This document shows positions 60,094-64,000 of a stretch of DNA of 64,000 nt, piece by piece. How positions within the stretch are numbered: the first letter of the stretch is position 1; each line of letters begins with the position of its first letter. The stretch is from the IMG/VR virus record IMGVR_UViG_3300014204_000110. One strand, written 5' to 3'. Below the pieces are notes generated by a model. It worked only from the letters and a program-made list of their open reading frames with translations. It searched no databases and had not been told where the DNA came from. The DNA comes from a virus. Its lineage: Duplodnaviria > Caudoviricetes. Both the position numbers and the translations under genes were made by a program.

Positions 60094-60378
60094 ATGAACG
60101 TATTAAATAATATTTTATCACATCAAGAAATTATAATTGCAATTATTGGGGTTTTGACACCAATAATATATCGGGCATTACAAAAATTAGTACAATATCT
60201 TCCTTCTGAATATAAAAAAATAGGAAATAAAATTAAACCTACAACTATTACAATAATACTTCGATTTTTATTTGGTAAAACTGCTACTTTTTATAAATGT
60301 TTTGTTAAAAAAGATCCAAAAGCTACTGAAGAATTATTAAAAATAGCTAATCAATATATAAATAATAAACTTAAATAA
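60094..60378 (+). CDS. Small membrane protein, holin-like
   Basis: Start reassigned to ATG 60094 (RBS GGAG); N-terminal hydrophobic helix and basic C-terminus. Confidence 0.45.
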   Translation: MNVLNNILSHQEIIIAIIGVLTPIIYRALQKLVQYLPSEYKKIGNKIKPTTITIILRFLFGKTATFYKCFVKKDPKATEELLKIANQYINNKLK

Positions 60379-60391
60379 TTGGAAAATTTAA

Positions 60392-61303
60392 ATGTCAGAA
60401 TTATCAATTTTAATTCCAGCAAGAAATGAAATGTGGTTACAAAATACTATTGATGATATTCTTAAAAATATAGAATTAGATACAGAAATTATAGTTTGTT
60501 TAGATGGATATTGGCCTTATATTCCAATAAAAGATGATAAACGAGTAAAAATAATACATTATACAGAATCAGTTGGTCAAAGAGCAGCTACAAATGATGC
60601 AGCTAAATTATCTAGATCTAAATATATAATGAAATGTGATGCTCATTGTGCTTTTGATAAAGGATTTGATAAAAAACTATTAAGTACAATAGAAGATAAT
60701 TGGACAGTTATTCCAAGAATGTATAATCTTCATGTGTTTAATTGGTTATGTAAAAAATGTAATAATGAAACTTATCAAGGACCTACTCCAACAAAATGTG
60801 ATAAATGTGAAGGTGCTGAGTTTGAACGTAAATTAATTTGGAAACCAAGATTAAATCGCAAAACTGATTTTACAAGATTCGACAGTGATCTTCATTTTCA
60901 ATATTGGTCTGATTATGAAAAACGTCCTGAAGCTAAAGGTGATATTGTTGATGTGATGTCAAATCTCGGGGCTTGTTGGTTGATGTCTCGTAAACGATAC
61001 TGGTCATTAGATGGTCTTGATGAAGAACATGGTTCCTGGGGTCAGATGGGTACTGAGATAAGTTGTAAGAGTTGGTTATCTGGAGGAAGACAAGTAGTTA
61101 ACAAAACAACATGGTTTTCTCATCTATTTAGAACCCAAGGTGGAGATTTTGGATTTCCTTACCAAATATCAGATAAACAAGTCCAGAATGCCAGAAAAAG
61201 ATCAAGAGAATTGTGGTTAGAAAATAAGTGGCCTAAAGCTATTAAAAAATTAGATTGGCTGATTAATAAATTTTCACCAGTACCAACATGGGAAATAAAA
61301 TGA
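60392..61303 (+). CDS. Family 2 glycosyltransferase
   Basis: LSILIPARNE, IIVCLDG, KCDAH and GLDE...WG motifs; CxxC...CxxC insertion. Confidence 0.88.
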   Translation: MSELSILIPARNEMWLQNTIDDILKNIELDTEIIVCLDGYWPYIPIKDDKRVKIIHYTESVGQRAATNDAAKLSRSKYIMKCDAHCAFDKGFDKKLLSTIEDNWTVIPRMYNLHVFNWLCKKCNNETYQGPTPTKCDKCEGAEFERKLIWKPRLNRKTDFTRFDSDLHFQYWSDYEKRPEAKGDIVDVMSNLGACWLMSRKRYWSLDGLDEEHGSWGQMGTEISCKSWLSGGRQVVNKTTWFSHLFRTQGGDFGFPYQISDKQVQNARKRSRELWLENKWPKAIKKLDWLINKFSPVPTWEIK

Positions 61304-61467
61304 AAATAAAGTATAAAATAATAGAAGATCGCTATGTAGACAAAGAGTGCAAAGATTTTGATATTATATCCATTCATTATGCAGGTCCAGAAGGTCTTGT
61401 ATGTGTGTGGTATAAAGATTATACTGATGAATTATCTTTATTAAGTAAAATAGATGAAATAACTTGA
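61300..61467 (+). CDS. Small hypothetical protein (55 aa, not in the ORF track)
   Basis: ATGA overlap with the GT2 stop; fills the gap. Confidence 0.45.
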   Translation: MKIKYKIIEDRYVDKECKDFDIISIHYAGPEGLVCVWYKDYTDELSLLSKIDEIT

Positions 61468-61495
61468 TAACTAATAAATTTTTACCTGTGCCTAC

Positions 61496-62203
61496 ATGGG
61501 AAACTTAATGAAATATCCAGATAATTTAACCATAATATATCTTACGAACAACTTGATGCCTGAAGGTTGGATGAAATTTCAATTAGATGCTTTTGCTAAA
61601 GCATCTGAAGGATATAAAGTTATTTCTGTGTCTAGAGTTCCAATGAATTTAGGTTATAATATTATTCAAACAGAACCATCTTCTTATTGGAATATTTATT
61701 ACCAATTAATGAAAGCAGCTAAATTAGCAGATACAGATTTTATAGCAACTGCTGAAGATGACACGTTATATACACATCAACATTATCATGAATTTAGACC
61801 AAATGTTGATGAAATAGCTTATGATCGATCAAGATGGTCTTTATTTACATGGGATAAAGACCCAATATATTGTTTAAGAAATAGAGTATGTAATTGTTCA
61901 ATGATTTCACCAAAAAAGTTATTTATCGATGCAATTGAAGAACGCATAGAAAAATATCCTAATGGACTTCCAAACAGTGAAGTGGGAGAAGTAGGTAGAG
62001 AAAGAATAGAGTTACGTCTTAAAGTTAAACGTAATAAATTAGTAGAATTTTATTGTACTAATTCAATTGTACAACTTAATCATACTAATGGTGAAGATAT
62101 AAGACAAAAAGAAAAATGGAAATCACATGGTCAAATTAAAGCATATGATATTCCTACTTGGGGTAAAGCAAAAAATATAGTGGAGATTTATAATGGACGT
62201 TAG
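61496..62203 (+). CDS. Putative GT-A fold glycosyltransferase
   Basis: TDFIATAEDDTLY DXD-like motif; cluster context. Confidence 0.6.
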   Translation: MGNLMKYPDNLTIIYLTNNLMPEGWMKFQLDAFAKASEGYKVISVSRVPMNLGYNIIQTEPSSYWNIYYQLMKAAKLADTDFIATAEDDTLYTHQHYHEFRPNVDEIAYDRSRWSLFTWDKDPIYCLRNRVCNCSMISPKKLFIDAIEERIEKYPNGLPNSEVGEVGRERIELRLKVKRNKLVEFYCTNSIVQLNHTNGEDIRQKEKWKSHGQIKAYDIPTWGKAKNIVEIYNGR

Positions 62204-62777
62204 AAAAGCAATTTTAGAAAAGTTTAGATTTAGAGGAACTAGAGATAATATGCCAATGTCCTCACCTAAAGGAACAAGAGAAACATTAGCAGAATTACTT
62301 GAGGAACTTGATTTTAATAAAGGAATCGAGGTAGGATCTAGAAAAGGTCACTATGCAATGGTATTATGTCAGAAAAATCCTAAGTTAGAATTAACTTGTA
62401 TTGATCCTTGGAAAGCTTATAGTCATTTAACACAAGAAAAACAAGATGAAATATTTGAAGAATGGAAAAAGAATATGCAACCATTTAATGCTAAATTTAT
62501 AAGAAAATATAGTATGGATGCATTGATTGATTTTGAAGATAGATCTCTTGATTTTGCTTTTATAGATGGTAATCATGAATTTGATTATGCTGCACCTGAT
62601 ATTATTTTTTGGGCAAAAAAAGTAAAAGTTGGTGGAATTTTTGCAGTACATGATTATTATAATTTTTATAGATCTGGTGTTATTAAAGCAGTAGATGCAT
62701 ATACACATTGTAATAGAATTAAAGAATGGTATTGTACTCAAGAAAAAACACCAATAGCATTTTGGATTAATATATGA
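62193..62777 (+). CDS. Class I SAM-dependent methyltransferase (Methyltransf_24-like)
   Basis: IEVGSRKG, CIDPW, DFAFIDGNH and GGIFAVHDY motifs. Confidence 0.88.
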   Translation: MDVRKAILEKFRFRGTRDNMPMSSPKGTRETLAELLEELDFNKGIEVGSRKGHYAMVLCQKNPKLELTCIDPWKAYSHLTQEKQDEIFEEWKKNMQPFNAKFIRKYSMDALIDFEDRSLDFAFIDGNHEFDYAAPDIIFWAKKVKVGGIFAVHDYYNFYRSGVIKAVDAYTHCNRIKEWYCTQEKTPIAFWINI

Positions 62778-63283
62778 GAAATGAAGATATAAGATTGCGT
62801 AATAGTTTAAATGTTGGAAGTCATCTTCCAGTTTTAATGAAATTATTTTCTATTACTGATGGACCAATAGTTGAATATGGTGGAGGAATAAATTCTACTA
62901 TATTTTTTCATTGGGCGTGTTTTTCAACAGAAAGAAAATTGCTGACTCTAGAGAGTGATTGGATAAATCATAAACTATTAAGAAAATTTAGAACCGATTG
63001 GCATCAATGTCAATTTGTTAGACATTGGAATGATGCAATTGTTGAAGATAATTATTCACTAGTTTTTATAGATCATAACCCAGCTGCTCAAAGGCATGTG
63101 GATGTTAAAAAACATATAAATGCTGAATATGTTGTACTTCATGATTCTGAACCAGATAAAAATAATATTTATTTTTATGATCGAATTTATCCTTTATTTA
63201 AATATAAACTTGATTATACAAAATCTTGGCCTAATACAACAATATTAAGCAATGTTCATAGATTAAATAAATTGAAAATATGA
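62774..63283 (+). CDS. Putative SAM-dependent methyltransferase
   Basis: IVEYGGGINST, LVFIDH and VVLHDS motifs. Confidence 0.65.
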   Translation: MRNEDIRLRNSLNVGSHLPVLMKLFSITDGPIVEYGGGINSTIFFHWACFSTERKLLTLESDWINHKLLRKFRTDWHQCQFVRHWNDAIVEDNYSLVFIDHNPAAQRHVDVKKHINAEYVVLHDSEPDKNNIYFYDRIYPLFKYKLDYTKSWPNTTILSNVHRLNKLKI

Positions 63284-63867
63284 TTCCGAAAGTTATCAAT
63301 CAAGTTTGGCTTTATCCACCTATAGATAATAAATATCTTAATTGGTCTAAAACGTTTGATATATCTGGATTTAAACATAAAATTTGGGAATTACAAGATT
63401 GTTTAAATTTATTAAGTCCTGAAACAGTAAGTATTATAGAAGATCCAAATGTGCATTGGATATATAAGGCTACTTTTGCAAGATATGATATTTTAAGACT
63501 ATTTGGAGGTTTTTATGCTGATATGGATATGGAATGTATAAAGTCTTTCGAAGATTTATGCAATCAAGATTTTATATGCGTAAAACAAAATGATAGAGAA
63601 ATATCAGATGCTTTTATAGGATGTTCTAAAAATAATAGTATTATAGATAGAGTTTATCAAAAAGCTTTATATAATTTTAATAATCTTAAAAATAAAAGTT
63701 CCAAACGTTGGATTCTAGAAACTGCAAGCGTATTTATGATAACAAAAGAATTAACAGATCAAATTCCATTAGAACAAGAATATTTTTGTCCTATCTGGAA
63801 AGGTCGAGGAAAAGTTACAGATAAAACATATTGTATTCACCATTATACAAGGTCATGGAAAAGATGA
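63280..63867 (+). CDS. DXD glycosyltransferase (GT32/OCH1-like)
   Basis: IPKVINQVW, RYDILRLFGGFYADMD and IHHYTRSW motifs. Confidence 0.88.
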   Translation: MIPKVINQVWLYPPIDNKYLNWSKTFDISGFKHKIWELQDCLNLLSPETVSIIEDPNVHWIYKATFARYDILRLFGGFYADMDMECIKSFEDLCNQDFICVKQNDREISDAFIGCSKNNSIIDRVYQKALYNFNNLKNKSSKRWILETASVFMITKELTDQIPLEQEYFCPIWKGRGKVTDKTYCIHHYTRSWKR

Positions 63868-64000
63868 TAAAACTATCAATAATTCATCCTGTACTTAATA
63901 GTCACGAAGTTGTAAGACGACAATTGCTTCATTATGAAAAACAAAATTTACCTGATGAAGTAGAGATTATTATAGTAGATGATGATAGCGATCCTCCATT
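63864..64000 (+). CDS. Family 2 glycosyltransferase, 5' part (runs off the window)
   Basis: MIKLSIIHPVLN...EIIIVDDDS read directly from the sequence. Confidence 0.75.
   Translation, partial: MIKLSIIHPVLNSHEVVRRQLLHYEKQNLPDEVEIIIVDDDSDPP

Noticed and set aside
291-62741. Short minus-strand ORFs and nested alternative-frame plus-strand ORFs in the track
   Set aside because: Nearly all lie within long + strand genes and have low-complexity F/I/Y or L/K/M composition typical of shadow ORFs
1-64000. tRNA or rRNA genes
   Set aside because: None recognised by eye; intergenic space outside the introns is minimal. tRNAscan was not run

Overview
This 64-kb, very AT-rich window is the virion morphogenesis region of a large contractile-tailed (myovirus-type) dsDNA phage. 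All credible genes are on the + strand and use the standard code. Gene order: small basic proteins; terminase large subunit with two inteins; unknown genes; portal; prohead protease/scaffold; decoration-like protein; major capsid; neck genes; tail sheath; a free-standing endonuclease VII-type HNH gene; tail tube and two tube paralogues; a two-gene moron; tail chaperones; three >2000-aa virion proteins; baseplate and fibre genes; a class-3 lipase with a small membrane protein; and a glycosyl-/methyltransferase cluster. Main observations: (1) The apparent ORF gap at 20560-22396 is a tail-tube gene split by five small ORF-less group I introns, with micro-exons of 27, 36 and 22 nt; it splices exactly to a 238-aa protein. 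(2) A 2281-aa protein looks like a single-subunit, double-psi-barrel virion RNA polymerase fused to a DEDDh exonuclease. (3) The tape-measure-position protein next to it carries a PD-(D/E)XK nuclease domain. (4) Predicted surface virion proteins are strongly enriched in Ser-Gly and lie near glycosyltransferases, suggesting virion glycosylation. All assignments come from reading motifs and gene order by eye; no database search was run.
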